Source: Halarcobacter sp.
GTDB taxonomy: Bacteria > Campylobacterota > Campylobacteria > Campylobacterales > Arcobacteraceae
Assembly (NCBI GenBank): GCA_048571215.1
Contig: CP182352.1
Location: forward strand, 1,856,001 to 1,920,000
Length of the DNA: 64,000 nucleotides
Direction: 5' to 3'
A program made the translations under genes and the position numbers. The notes beneath the pieces were generated by a model. It saw only the letters and a program-made list of their open reading frames with translations, had not been told where the DNA came from and made no database searches. Position 1 is the stretch's first letter. Each line of letters begins with the position of its first letter. Shown in pieces: positions 1-9,554 of the stretch.

Positions 1-93
1 TAACAAGGAAACTCCAATCCAGATTGAAGATAACAAAAATACAAACATAATACAAATTATAACAATTGATAAAACTAGGGGATCAGATATCAT
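1..93 (-). CDS. dctM: TRAP transporter large permease subunit (5' end only; runs off window)
   Basis: ATG at 93 overlaps the dctQ end; reads MISDPLVLSIVIICIMFVFLLSSIWIGVSLL (hydrophobic); P-Q-M gene order. Confidence 0.8.
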   Translation of the reverse strand, partial: MISDPLVLSIVIICIMFVFLLSSIWIGVSLL

Positions 94-568
94 CTCTTAT
101 TCCTTTTAATACAAAAACTAAAACAGTTAATATAAATATTGCTATTCCTAAAGGCATCACTAACTGCGTTAAATAAAGTGGCGTTTCTGATACTGATTCT
201 GATACCATTTCCATTTCATATGAATCATAGGTAAATAAAATAGTTCTATAAAAAGCAAAACTCAAAACAACAATTGTAATTAAACCAGCAAATACATCAA
301 TAAACCTATTTGTTTTTTTTGACATTTTTGAAGTTATAATGTTGATTCTAATATGTGCATCTTCTTTAAAAGTATATGCTAATCCTAAAAAAATTGAAGC
401 TAAATATAAATATCCACTATATTCATCTGCAATCATTGTAGACATATCAAAAAAGTATCTAATAAATATCTCTATCAAAATCAATATAACCAAAGATACT
501 AATAAAAGTGATGACAAATAAGCTCCCCAAAGAGAGAGCTTATTTATAATATTATAAAAAGTTTTCAT
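83..568 (-). CDS. dctQ: TRAP transporter small permease subunit
   Basis: 4 hydrophobic segments; EIFIRYFF...ADEYSGY...AHIRINI motif. Confidence 0.92.
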   Translation of the reverse strand: MKTFYNIINKLSLWGAYLSSLLLVSLVILILIEIFIRYFFDMSTMIADEYSGYLYLASIFLGLAYTFKEDAHIRINIITSKMSKKTNRFIDVFAGLITIVVLSFAFYRTILFTYDSYEMEMVSESVSETPLYLTQLVMPLGIAIFILTVLVFVLKGIRDDI

Positions 569-570
569 GA

Positions 571-1527
571 TTATTTTCTATATTCTTCGAATATCTTTTT
601 TGTATCTTTATTGGCATCTTCCAAATACTCTTTTAACATCTTATTAGCAATTATAGCTAACTCTTTTTTTAGGGTATCACTAGCTTCTGAGATGTGCATA
701 CCATTTTTTGCCATAGTATCAAGGGCATCTTTATCTTCAGCCTTTACAGCTTGCCATTGAGCTTTTTCAATCTCTGCTGCTGCTTTTAACATTGCATCTT
801 TTTGTGTTGAATCTAAAGAGTTCCAATAATCAAGATTGATAGTAACCGCTTGTAATGGATAGGCATAGTTTATTTTAGTAAAATCAGTTAAAACTTCCCA
901 AAATTTTCCATCTTTTCCCGATGAAGATGAAGTGATAACCGAGTTAACCATACCTGTTCTTAGAGCTGAATATACTTCTCCCCAAGGTAAAGCAACTGCA
1001 TTTCCACCTGCATCATTTACAAACTGTGCAGAATTTTTATCGTAAGTTCTAGTTTTAACACCTTTAAAATCCGCCAAAGTTTCTAATTTTTTATTTGAAT
1101 AAAACCCAGATGCTGGCCAAGTTACTGAATAAAGAAGCTTTTGATTCCATTTTTTTGCTGTTTTTTCATATGCTGGTTTTGAGATTTGATAAAGTTTAAA
1201 AGCATCATCATATGAAGTTGCAATAAAAGGTAAAGCAGAGATACCAAATACTTTTCCCCCACCTGAAGTAAAAGGTATAAACATGTCAGTCATAGCAACC
1301 GTACCATCTTTTACAGCTTTTAAAGGATTCCCTTTTACTAAAGAAGAACCTGCATGTACTGTAATATCTACACTACCATTAGTATAATCTTTAACTAAAG
1401 AAGCAAATTTTTCAGCACCCTTTGTGTGAAAATTATTTGCACCATATTTTGCATTTAAATTCATTTTTACATTTCCAGCAAGAACTAAACTTGCAAGAGA
1501 AGCAACTAGTAAACATTTTTTTAACAT
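571..1527 (-). CDS. dctP: TRAP transporter substrate-binding protein
   Basis: Signal peptide; DFKGVKTR and LPWGEVYSALRTGMV DctP-type motifs. Confidence 0.92.
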   Translation of the reverse strand: MLKKCLLVASLASLVLAGNVKMNLNAKYGANNFHTKGAEKFASLVKDYTNGSVDITVHAGSSLVKGNPLKAVKDGTVAMTDMFIPFTSGGGKVFGISALPFIATSYDDAFKLYQISKPAYEKTAKKWNQKLLYSVTWPASGFYSNKKLETLADFKGVKTRTYDKNSAQFVNDAGGNAVALPWGEVYSALRTGMVNSVITSSSSGKDGKFWEVLTDFTKINYAYPLQAVTINLDYWNSLDSTQKDAMLKAAAEIEKAQWQAVKAEDKDALDTMAKNGMHISEASDTLKKELAIIANKMLKEYLEDANKDTKKIFEEYRK

Positions 1528-1552
1528 TGTAATCTCCTTATTTTGATAAGAG

Positions 1553-1585
1553 ATTCTAATAATTTCAAGTGAGTAATTAGTGAGT
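1553..1585 (-). promoter_or_regulatory. dctP promoter: -10 TAGAAT plus ACTCACT-N4-ACTCACT direct repeat (putative OmpR-family operator)
   Basis: + strand AGTGAGT at 1568-1574 and 1579-1585; -10 at 1553-1558. Confidence 0.7.
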
Positions 1586-1598
1586 TTTTACAAATAAA

Positions 1599-2279
1599 TT
1601 AAAAAGTTTTTAATTTATATCCCTCTTGTGGGACATTTGATATCAAATCTATTGGTAATCTTTGTCTTAACTCTTTAATAAAAGTTTTTAATGCACTCAT
1701 ACTCATAGATTTATCTTTCCAAATATACTCTTCAATAATAGAATAAGTTAAAACATTGTTTTTGTTTTCATAAAGTAGGATTAAAAAATCTTTATCCCGT
1801 TTTCTTAAAACCACAAGTTCATTTTTATAATATAATTCTCTGGTTTTCATATCTAGATACAAATCATTTGAAAATGTGATTTTTTCATCTAGTCTTTCTT
1901 TGAAAACCTTTGTGATTCCATCAAATAAACTCTCAGAGGTGAGTGGTTTTAAAATATAATGATTTATATTCAGATTTATCAAACTTAAAAGATACTCTTC
2001 ATTTGAGTAGGCTGTTAACATTATAATAATAGTTGACAAATCATCTTTTCTAATATCTTCTACCATTTGAATACCATTTTTTTCTGGCATCTCAATATCT
2101 GAAATTATAAGGTTTGGTTTCTTGTCATAATACATATAATATCCATCCTCCCCATTTGAAGCCTCATAAACTTCAGCAAAATAGTATTTTAATGTATTAA
2201 CTAATCTTTTTCTAATTCCATCTTCATCCTCAACACAAAGTACTGTTAAGTTTTTTAATTGTTCTATTAATTCATCCAT
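1599..2279 (-). CDS. OmpR-family response regulator
   Basis: REC domain (VEDE, IISDIEMP, YILKP) plus winged-helix C-terminus (IKELRQRL...GYKL). Confidence 0.93.
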   Translation of the reverse strand: MDELIEQLKNLTVLCVEDEDGIRKRLVNTLKYYFAEVYEASNGEDGYYMYYDKKPNLIISDIEMPEKNGIQMVEDIRKDDLSTIIIMLTAYSNEEYLLSLINLNINHYILKPLTSESLFDGITKVFKERLDEKITFSNDLYLDMKTRELYYKNELVVLRKRDKDFLILLYENKNNVLTYSIIEEYIWKDKSMSMSALKTFIKELRQRLPIDLISNVPQEGYKLKTF

Positions 2280-2282
2280 TTT

Positions 2283-3806
2283 TTACACCTTGATTTTTAC
2301 TTTAAAACAAGCACCATCTTTTGTATTTTCTACACTTAACTCTCCACCCATATTTTTTTCTATTATCATTTTAGACATGTATAGTCCTAAGCCTGTTCCA
2401 TTAGAACTACTTTTTGTTGTGAAGTATGGTTCAAAGATTTGTTCTAAATGCTCCTCTTCTACTCCATTTGCATTATCTGTCACAGTTACAATTGAATAAC
2501 CATCCATATAATCAACTTCTAAATCTATCCATGGATTTTCTATATCTCTTTGAATCAATATATCTTTTGCATTTGACATTAAATTTAATAACACTTGTGC
2601 AAACTCACCTTTATATCCATATATCTCATAATTACATTTTATATTTGTATTAAGTTTTATATTATTGCTTTTTATTGAAGCAGCAATTAAAGAAATTGCT
2701 TCAAAACAAGAATCTTCTATATAAAAATAAACTTTCTTTTTATCAGGTTTGAAAAAGTTTCTAAAATCATCAATAGTGTATGACATAAACTGAATAAGCC
2801 TATTTGACTCTTTTACTGACTCTTGTATCATAGCATCATCTGCTTTTTTAAATTTTGAAGCAGTTTCTAGCTCCATAAGTATTCCAGCTACTTCACTTAA
2901 AGGCTGTCTCCATTGATGGGCTATCATAGACAGCATTGTTCCCATACGAGCAAGTCTTGATTGATGAAGCATAGCCCTATCTTTCTTTTTTGCTTCTACA
3001 ATTGCTACTTTTACTTTATTTTCTAAATTTTTATTCATATCCTCTAAAAGTAACTCTTTTTTCTTTACATTTTCTTTGTATTTACGAAAAACTTCAGTAA
3101 TCTTTTTTGACATCACAAAAGAGATAAGTCCAATAATCAACATAACAAAAAAAGATACAACTACTACTATTCTAATGTATTTATTTATTCGCTCTTCTAA
3201 TAACTTTTTATTTTCAAAAATTGACTTTTGGATATCATCAATATATAAGCCAGCTCCAATAACCCAATTATATTTTTTATAAAGTTTAAAAAAACCTAAC
3301 TTTTTTGAAAAATGAATCTCTTTTGGTTTTTGCCAGTAATAATCTATAAAAACTCCATTGGGATTTTTTAATGTTTTATCAACAAACTCTTTTATTATAA
3401 GGGAACCTATTGCATCTTTTAAATCTATATCATAAGTATTTAAGCTTTTTTGTCTAAAAGGATGAGCTCTTAAGTAGTACGATGTATCATGTATCCAAAT
3501 ATATCCATGCTTTTCATATCTTATTGTTTCTGTATATCTTAGAATCTCATCTTTTAACTCTTTCTGGCTAAGTTTTGTATTTTTTTTTACATGATATTCA
3601 ATATAATTTATAACATACTCTACTTCTTTTTTAAGAATATTTTTCTGCTTTTTAAGATACTCATCTTCAACACGTATACTCTCTTCCTCAAAGTAATCAT
3701 TTTGATTTTTTACAAAAAAGTATATATTGAATACTGCAACTAAAATTACAGTTATTATAGGAGTAAGTATGATTAATCTTGGAATATTTTTTTCTGTAAA
3801 CATCAT
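2283..3806 (-). CDS. Cache-domain sensor histidine kinase
   Basis: 2 TM segments, Cache domain (GYIWIHD...AHP...YYWQKP), H-box IAHQWRQPL, GTGLGLYMS. Confidence 0.93.
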   Translation of the reverse strand: MMFTEKNIPRLIILTPIITVILVAVFNIYFFVKNQNDYFEEESIRVEDEYLKKQKNILKKEVEYVINYIEYHVKKNTKLSQKELKDEILRYTETIRYEKHGYIWIHDTSYYLRAHPFRQKSLNTYDIDLKDAIGSLIIKEFVDKTLKNPNGVFIDYYWQKPKEIHFSKKLGFFKLYKKYNWVIGAGLYIDDIQKSIFENKKLLEERINKYIRIVVVVSFFVMLIIGLISFVMSKKITEVFRKYKENVKKKELLLEDMNKNLENKVKVAIVEAKKKDRAMLHQSRLARMGTMLSMIAHQWRQPLSEVAGILMELETASKFKKADDAMIQESVKESNRLIQFMSYTIDDFRNFFKPDKKKVYFYIEDSCFEAISLIAASIKSNNIKLNTNIKCNYEIYGYKGEFAQVLLNLMSNAKDILIQRDIENPWIDLEVDYMDGYSIVTVTDNANGVEEEHLEQIFEPYFTTKSSSNGTGLGLYMSKMIIEKNMGGELSVENTKDGACFKVKIKV

Positions 3807-3825
3807 AATCCTATTATTTTTTATA

Positions 3826-3858
3826 AGTATACTTTTTACAAGTGAGTTAAAAGTGAGT
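3826..3858 (-). promoter_or_regulatory. Kinase promoter: -10 TATACT plus ACTCACT-N4-ACTCACT direct repeat (putative autoregulation)
   Basis: + strand AGTGAGT at 3841-3847 and 3852-3858; same 9-nt spacing to -10 as at dctP. Confidence 0.7.
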
Positions 3859-3884
3859 AATATAAATATCTATTAATTTATATT

Positions 3885-4619
3885 TTAATATATAACTTTT
3901 TGTAAGGCTTTTATAAAAGTAAGGGAGTTTTCTCCATCACTATGAATACATACACTATCAGCTTTTAAATAAAGTTTTGTTCCATTTATACTTGGTATAT
4001 ATCCATTATCCCTTAAAATTTTCATTCTTTCCATCACTTCAAGATCATCATTAATAACTGCATTTTGATACATCCTTGAAACTAAAGTTCCATCATCATT
4101 GTAGTTTCTATCTCCAAACACTTCATATATTAAATCGATTCCATAAAGTTTTGCAGTATAAGAGTATGCTTCATTTTTAGGTCCTGATAAAACCATTAAT
4201 CTTAGATTTCTATCAAAAGAGGCAATAGCATTTAAAATAGCCTTAAATATATTTTCATCCTTCATCATATCATTATATAAAGCTCCGTGGGGTTTCACAT
4301 AAGCTACTACTGTACCATGAGCCTTACAAAAAGCATTTAATGCTCCCAATTGATAAAGTATGATAGATTTTATCTCCTCTAAACTACAAGCTATACTTCG
4401 TCTACCAAAACCAACTAAATCTTGATATGAGGGATGAGCTCCAATTGTAACATTGTATTTTTTTGCCAATTCAACACTACGGTTCATAGTAACACTGTCA
4501 GATGCATGAAAACCACAAGCTAGATTTGCCATACTAATAAATGGCATAATCTCTTCATCTCTTCCCATCTTCCAAATACCAAAACTCTCACCCATATCAC
4601 AATTTAATCTAATATTCAT
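3885..4619 (-). CDS. pxpA: 5-oxoprolinase subunit A (LamB/YcsF family)
   Basis: LNCDMGESFG, ANLACGFHA, GAHPSYQDLVGFGRR, YVKPHGALYN. Confidence 0.93.
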   Translation of the reverse strand: MNIRLNCDMGESFGIWKMGRDEEIMPFISMANLACGFHASDSVTMNRSVELAKKYNVTIGAHPSYQDLVGFGRRSIACSLEEIKSIILYQLGALNAFCKAHGTVVAYVKPHGALYNDMMKDENIFKAILNAIASFDRNLRLMVLSGPKNEAYSYTAKLYGIDLIYEVFGDRNYNDDGTLVSRMYQNAVINDDLEVMERMKILRDNGYIPSINGTKLYLKADSVCIHSDGENSLTFIKALQKVIY

Positions 4620-4668
4620 AATAAAACCCCGTAATTTATAAGCTATTTTAACACATATATCCTATTTT

Positions 4669-5112
4669 TTAATATTGATACATATGATACTTCTTATTTT
4701 CTTGTGCTTTTTTATCTTCAATTTTTTTATAAACCTCTAGGGCTTTTTGCTTTAAACTCTCATCTATTTTTCCTGATAAATACTCATCAAATAAGCTATC
4801 TAAAACTAAAATATACACTATAGAATTTAATTTCAAAGAATCACTATTTTTCATCAATTTATCTAAATCAATAGCATAAACTGCTTCTTGAAAAGTGAAA
4901 TATATCCTTTGATTTATATCTTCAAGCCTAAAAGAATATCCTAAAATAGTCAAATAATTTTCTTCATACTCTTTATTAAAACCTTTTTCTATTAAGCTTT
5001 TTGCATAATCTTTTATCTCTTTACTATGATTGTTAACCAAAATATTTGTCTCTATTGTTTTATTTTTAAAGCTATGTAAAAAATCTGCTATCTCTTTAAT
5101 CAAAATATCCAT
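4669..5112 (-). CDS. Hypothetical protein
   Basis: 147-aa ORF with typical composition; no motif recognised. Confidence 0.75.
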   Translation of the reverse strand: MDILIKEIADFLHSFKNKTIETNILVNNHSKEIKDYAKSLIEKGFNKEYEENYLTILGYSFRLEDINQRIYFTFQEAVYAIDLDKLMKNSDSLKLNSIVYILVLDSLFDEYLSGKIDESLKQKALEVYKKIEDKKAQENKKYHMYQY

Positions 5113-5186
5113 CCAATGTTAATTTATAATTTAATGTCTAATTTTATCTTTTTTTATCTATAATAAAAGAAAATATAAGGAATATT

Positions 5187-5993
5187 ATGAAAAAAAGTAT
5201 TATATGTGCATCTTTAATTTTATCATCAACTTTAGCTTTTAGTTTTGATTTTGGCTCTATTACAAAAGAGGTTATGAAAAATGTATCAAAAGATAGTTCC
5301 ACTACTACTCAAAGTTCTAATACAAACTTAAGTACATCTACAGTTACCAATGGATTAAAAGAGGCTTTAAAGGTTGGGGTTAATTATGCAGTGAAAAATT
5401 TAGGAGCAAAAAATGGTTATTTAAATAACTCTTTAGTAAAAATACCTTTACCAGAAAATCTTCAAAAAGCAGAAACACTAATAAGAAAAGCAGGAGGTGA
5501 TCAAATTGCAAATGATTTAATCAATTCTATGAATAGTGCAGCAACAAAAGCAGCTCCACAAACTGCTCAGATTTTTGTAAATGCAATTGAGAAAATGAGT
5601 TTGGATGATGCTAAAAAAATACTAAATGGAGATAAAAATGCAGCAACTAACTATTTTCAATCCCACACTACTGATTCTCTTAAAAAGCTAATAAAACCTA
5701 TTATCCAAGAAACTATGGCACAAAATAGTGTTGCCAAATATTATGATACTTTTAATAGCTATTATAAACAATATGGAAAACAATATGTAGAGAATAGTTC
5801 TCTTATGGGAATGGCAAAAAGTTTTGGTGTAGATTCTTATCTTCCAAGTTCAAGTGATGAAAATCTTGATGACTATGTAACACAAAAAGCTATTAATGGT
5901 TTATTTAAAATGATTGCACAAAAAGAAGCTGCAATTCGTTCTAATCCTATTGAACAAACAAGTTCTATTTTAAAACAAGTATTTGGAGGATAA
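5187..5993 (+). CDS. DUF4197-family secreted protein
   Basis: Signal peptide; GLKEALKVG, VKIPLPE, LDDYVTQKAINGLFKMIAQKEAAIRSNP...ILKQVFG. Confidence 0.85.
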   Translation: MKKSIICASLILSSTLAFSFDFGSITKEVMKNVSKDSSTTTQSSNTNLSTSTVTNGLKEALKVGVNYAVKNLGAKNGYLNNSLVKIPLPENLQKAETLIRKAGGDQIANDLINSMNSAATKAAPQTAQIFVNAIEKMSLDDAKKILNGDKNAATNYFQSHTTDSLKKLIKPIIQETMAQNSVAKYYDTFNSYYKQYGKQYVENSSLMGMAKSFGVDSYLPSSSDENLDDYVTQKAINGLFKMIAQKEAAIRSNPIEQTSSILKQVFGG

Positions 5994-5995
5994 GC

Positions 5996-6619
5996 CTAAA
6001 GCTTATCTATCCTTTCAATTTCTCTATGAAAATATCTATATATAAAATTTTTTCTAGCTAAACTATCATTATAAGTTTTTTTAAATCTTTTTTTATCACT
6101 AAACTTATCATCATATGATGTATCATAAGATTTTAAAAGTTTTGCGTATAGCTTGCCACTATAATCTAATATAAACTTCTGTGTATTTGTGCTATAAAGA
6201 CTTATTAAACTTAAATAAGAATCATCAATTTTATATGTTATAAAACTCATATTGCCTATATCAATACTCTCTACAGTTTTTAAATATTTTATTTTTAATT
6301 CTCTTTTCAAATTTATTTCAAAAAAACTAAGTGGTAATCCACTCCACTTACAATTATGTTCCAAACTAATCGATTCAACAAATAACTTACCAAAATTGCT
6401 ATTTTCATCAAATATAGTATAGGAATCCATTACACATGAAGAAAACCAACCCTTATAGTCTGCTTGTTTTGAAAATTCTACTTTTGTACCAGTTGAAAAC
6501 ATCAACTTATTATCTTTTGCTAAATAGGCATTGGTAAAGTTTTTATTAGCACAAGCAGAAAAACTAAGCACCAATAAAACTAAACTTACTAAAGCAATTA
6601 TATATTTACTCCGTACCAT
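5996..6619 (-). CDS. Hypothetical lipoprotein (paralog of 6606-7169)
   Basis: Hydrophobic N-terminus with lipobox FSAC; aligns with neighbouring ORF. Confidence 0.75.
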   Translation of the reverse strand: MVRSKYIIALVSLVLLVLSFSACANKNFTNAYLAKDNKLMFSTGTKVEFSKQADYKGWFSSCVMDSYTIFDENSNFGKLFVESISLEHNCKWSGLPLSFFEINLKRELKIKYLKTVESIDIGNMSFITYKIDDSYLSLISLYSTNTQKFILDYSGKLYAKLLKSYDTSYDDKFSDKKRFKKTYNDSLARKNFIYRYFHREIERIDKL

Positions 6620-7169
6620 CGAAAAATCCTCTCATACTATTTTCTTTTACAAGTGAGATATTAAAATTAATATCACCTTTTTGTTCATTTTCATAACAAT
6701 ACTTATAGTTTTTGTTTAAGCTTAAAAGTAAATTTTTATACAGATTACCTTTTACATCTATAACAAAAAGTTCAGAAGATATACTATATACATAAATCAT
6801 ATGTATTATAAAAGAATCATCAATTCTATATATCTTAAACTCATAATTGGGAAACTCTTTTTTCTCAATTACTTCAAAGTATCGAATACCCAATTTTTTT
6901 TTAAAAAAACCTTCATATAAACTTAAAGGTTGTCCATGCCAAACTGCATTAGAATCAGTTTTTAAATATTCTAAAAATATTTCATTGTTATTTAGCGTAT
7001 AAGCTTCATACACAAAAGGGTCATGCCTAGTCTTTAAATCATAATCTTCTAAGTCATATTCAAAATACTCATCTAATTGTGTTTTAAAATATAATTTATT
7101 GTCTTGAAACTTGTAAGTAGGCATAGAAGCGTTAAAAATATTATTTAGTATTTTTTTAAAAAAACCCAT
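6606..7169 (-). CDS. Hypothetical protein (paralog of 5996-6619)
   Basis: Shared W.G.PLS, Y.IDDS and F..D..G.LY..LL motifs. Confidence 0.75.
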   Translation of the reverse strand: MGFFKKILNNIFNASMPTYKFQDNKLYFKTQLDEYFEYDLEDYDLKTRHDPFVYEAYTLNNNEIFLEYLKTDSNAVWHGQPLSLYEGFFKKKLGIRYFEVIEKKEFPNYEFKIYRIDDSFIIHMIYVYSISSELFVIDVKGNLYKNLLLSLNKNYKYCYENEQKGDINFNISLVKENSMRGFFDGTE

Positions 7170-7399
7170 ATTCTAATCCTAAATTTTTACTTAACACTTT
7201 ATCATAATATATACTTGCATTTCAAGCTAATTATAAACTAATTTTAAATTTATTTATTATGCCATTTTATAATTTTTTATAATAAAAATTTATAAAAATG
7301 AAATAAAAAATGAAATTAACTATAAAATTAATTCAAGGGATTAATAATTGCATAACTTTATAATGATAAACTTTTTTAAAATTCAAATAAGGTATAAAA

Positions 7400-7792
7400 A
7401 TGAAAATAGCTATTCCAGTAAAAGATGAAAATTTAACATTTTTCCCAAATGCAGGACATACTCCTAAATTTGCCGTATACACCATGACAGGAGCTGGTAT
7501 GTTCAAGTCATTTACACTAGAAGGTATTAAAAATAACCCAAGAACAGATATAGACCATGATCATCCAGAAGAGGATCATGCTTGTGATCATAGCCATGAT
7601 GATGAAGAACATATCGAACAACATAACAAAATGGGTAGAGCATTAAAGGATTGTGACTATATTGTTGTAAAAACAGCTTGTAAAAATACAGCTAAGTCAT
7701 TTACATCCGCTGGTTTAAAACTAGTAAAATATAATGGTGAAGCTTTTCAAACAGAATCTATTTTAAGAGAAGTTTCTAGTAAATTTATATAA
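7400..7792 (+). CDS. NifB/NifX-family (iron-molybdenum cofactor-binding fold) protein with His-rich loop
   Basis: MKIAIPV start, GHTPKFAVY, LKDCDYIV; DHDHPEEDHACDHSHDDEEH insert. Confidence 0.75.
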   Translation: MKIAIPVKDENLTFFPNAGHTPKFAVYTMTGAGMFKSFTLEGIKNNPRTDIDHDHPEEDHACDHSHDDEEHIEQHNKMGRALKDCDYIVVKTACKNTAKSFTSAGLKLVKYNGEAFQTESILREVSSKFI

Positions 7793-7823
7793 AAATCAAG
7801 AGTGAAGATACTCTTGATTTTTA
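7790..7823. terminator. Bidirectional intrinsic terminator
   Basis: TAAAAATCAAGAGT-gaagat-ACTCTTGATTTTTA between convergent genes. Confidence 0.85.
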
Positions 7824-7832
7824 ATCTTTAAT

Positions 7833-9416
7833 CTAGAAAAAATTTCTAAGTGTAATAAACGTTATTGCTGAAAGTATTCCCGCAGCAGGTAATGTAATAA
7901 CCCAAGCCATGGCAATAGGCTTCATAAGATTCCAGTTCGTATTGTGATTTACTAAACCAACACCCAAAACTGCACCAATTAGAATATGTGTACTTGAAAC
8001 AGGTAAACCCATAACTGAAGCTAACATAACCACACCAGCTGCTGCTAACTCAGCAGAAAATCCAGATGCAGGGTGCATTTTAGTTAAATTATGTCCAACT
8101 GTTTGAATAACCTCTTTACCTATAAACCATAATCCAACAATTAAAGCAATACCAAAAGTAAGCATAGCAATAGTAGGAACTGCAGCACTAGAACCAATTT
8201 GTCCAGTTCTTAAAATATCTAAAATTGCAGCAAAAGGTCCAATTGCATTTGCAATATCATTTGAACCATGACTAAATGCAAATCCTGATGCTGTAAATAC
8301 TTGCATCCAACTAAACATTAAAAAAGTAGATTTATCTAAGTCTTTACCCTTTAAAGTCTTAGCAAAAATTGCAGTTGCTAACCAAATAAGAGCTCCAAAC
8401 ATTCCTATGATAAGATAATTATCTAATGATGACAAGCCAAGATTCATATGTTTTAAACCTTTAAATAGCAACATACCAGTAATCAGCATACCACCAATAG
8501 CAGCGAACATTGGAACATAGGTTTCAAGTGCTTTTGTAGCATGAACATTTTCTTGCGTTTTTTCTATTTCATAAATTCTTCTATAATAATCTGATTCTAA
8601 ATCATCTGGTTCAAAATCATTATCTTTTATGGTATGTGCATCCCTTGCCATAGAATTTGTATAAGATAACTGTTGAAGTTCTGATAATCTTTCGAATGCT
8701 TTTTTATGTTCTTTTTTAAGCTCTTTTTTCTCTTTTTTTATGTTTTTTAATTTATCTGCACTTTGATCATTATAAATCAAAACATATTTTTTGATTTGAT
8801 AATATAAAGTATAAGAAACTAAACCACCAAGAACTGGGGATAAAACCCATGAAAAAGCAATTGTCCCAATTTTATTCCACTTAACTAATGCAAAGCCAGT
8901 ATCAGCTCCACCAATCAAAAATCCAAGAGCAATGGAACTACCAACAATACCACCAATAATTGAATGTGTTGTTGATACAGGCCAACCTTTTTTTGTAGCA
9001 ATTAGTAACCAAATTGCTGCAGATAAAAGAGCTGACATCATAATATAGACAAACTGCATAGGTTCCACAGAGATTTGAGATAAATCAACTATACCTTTAC
9101 GAATAGTTTTAGTAACTTCACCACCTGCAATAACTGCACCACTTACTTCAAAAATAGCAGCAACAATTAAAGCTTGTTTTATAGTAAGTGTACCCGCACC
9201 AACACTTGTACCAAAAGAGTTAGCAACATCATTACCACCAATATTAAATGCCATAAATACACCAAAAAGTGTAGCTAATACAAATAAAAGCGTATGATTA
9301 CCATTTGTATATCCAGCACCCCAATACAAAAAATATCCTACAACAGCTATAAAACCAATAAAAAAAACTATACTTAATTTTATATCACTTGTAGACTCAC
9401 TTGTAGACAAAGCCAT
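7833..9416 (-). CDS. pit: Inorganic phosphate transporter (PiT family)
   Basis: [40 protein letters not shown] signature motifs. Confidence 0.95.
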   Translation of the reverse strand: MALSTSESTSDIKLSIVFFIGFIAVVGYFLYWGAGYTNGNHTLLFVLATLFGVFMAFNIGGNDVANSFGTSVGAGTLTIKQALIVAAIFEVSGAVIAGGEVTKTIRKGIVDLSQISVEPMQFVYIMMSALLSAAIWLLIATKKGWPVSTTHSIIGGIVGSSIALGFLIGGADTGFALVKWNKIGTIAFSWVLSPVLGGLVSYTLYYQIKKYVLIYNDQSADKLKNIKKEKKELKKEHKKAFERLSELQQLSYTNSMARDAHTIKDNDFEPDDLESDYYRRIYEIEKTQENVHATKALETYVPMFAAIGGMLITGMLLFKGLKHMNLGLSSLDNYLIIGMFGALIWLATAIFAKTLKGKDLDKSTFLMFSWMQVFTASGFAFSHGSNDIANAIGPFAAILDILRTGQIGSSAAVPTIAMLTFGIALIVGLWFIGKEVIQTVGHNLTKMHPASGFSAELAAAGVVMLASVMGLPVSSTHILIGAVLGVGLVNHNTNWNLMKPIAMAWVITLPAAGILSAITFITLRNFF

Positions 9417-9449
9417 TAATTCTCCTTTTAAAAAATTTCAAAGAAGTTT

Positions 9450-9478
9450 ATGACTTTTTTATTACTAAATAATTACAT
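9450..9478 (-). promoter_or_regulatory. Pho-box-like 11-bp-period repeat upstream of pit
   Basis: Minus strand GTAAT-N6-GTAAT-N6-GTCAT. Confidence 0.45.
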
Positions 9479-9554
9479 GAAATAATAATTCAAAAAATAA
9501 TATAAAATAAGTTGTTTTTTAAGAAGAGTAAGTTATAAAATAATATTTTAGGTT

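Noticed and set aside
7260..7375. AT-only imperfect palindrome and partial Fur-box-like ATAATGATAA upstream of the NifX-like gene
   Set aside because: Only a half-site match in extremely AT-rich DNA; could be chance
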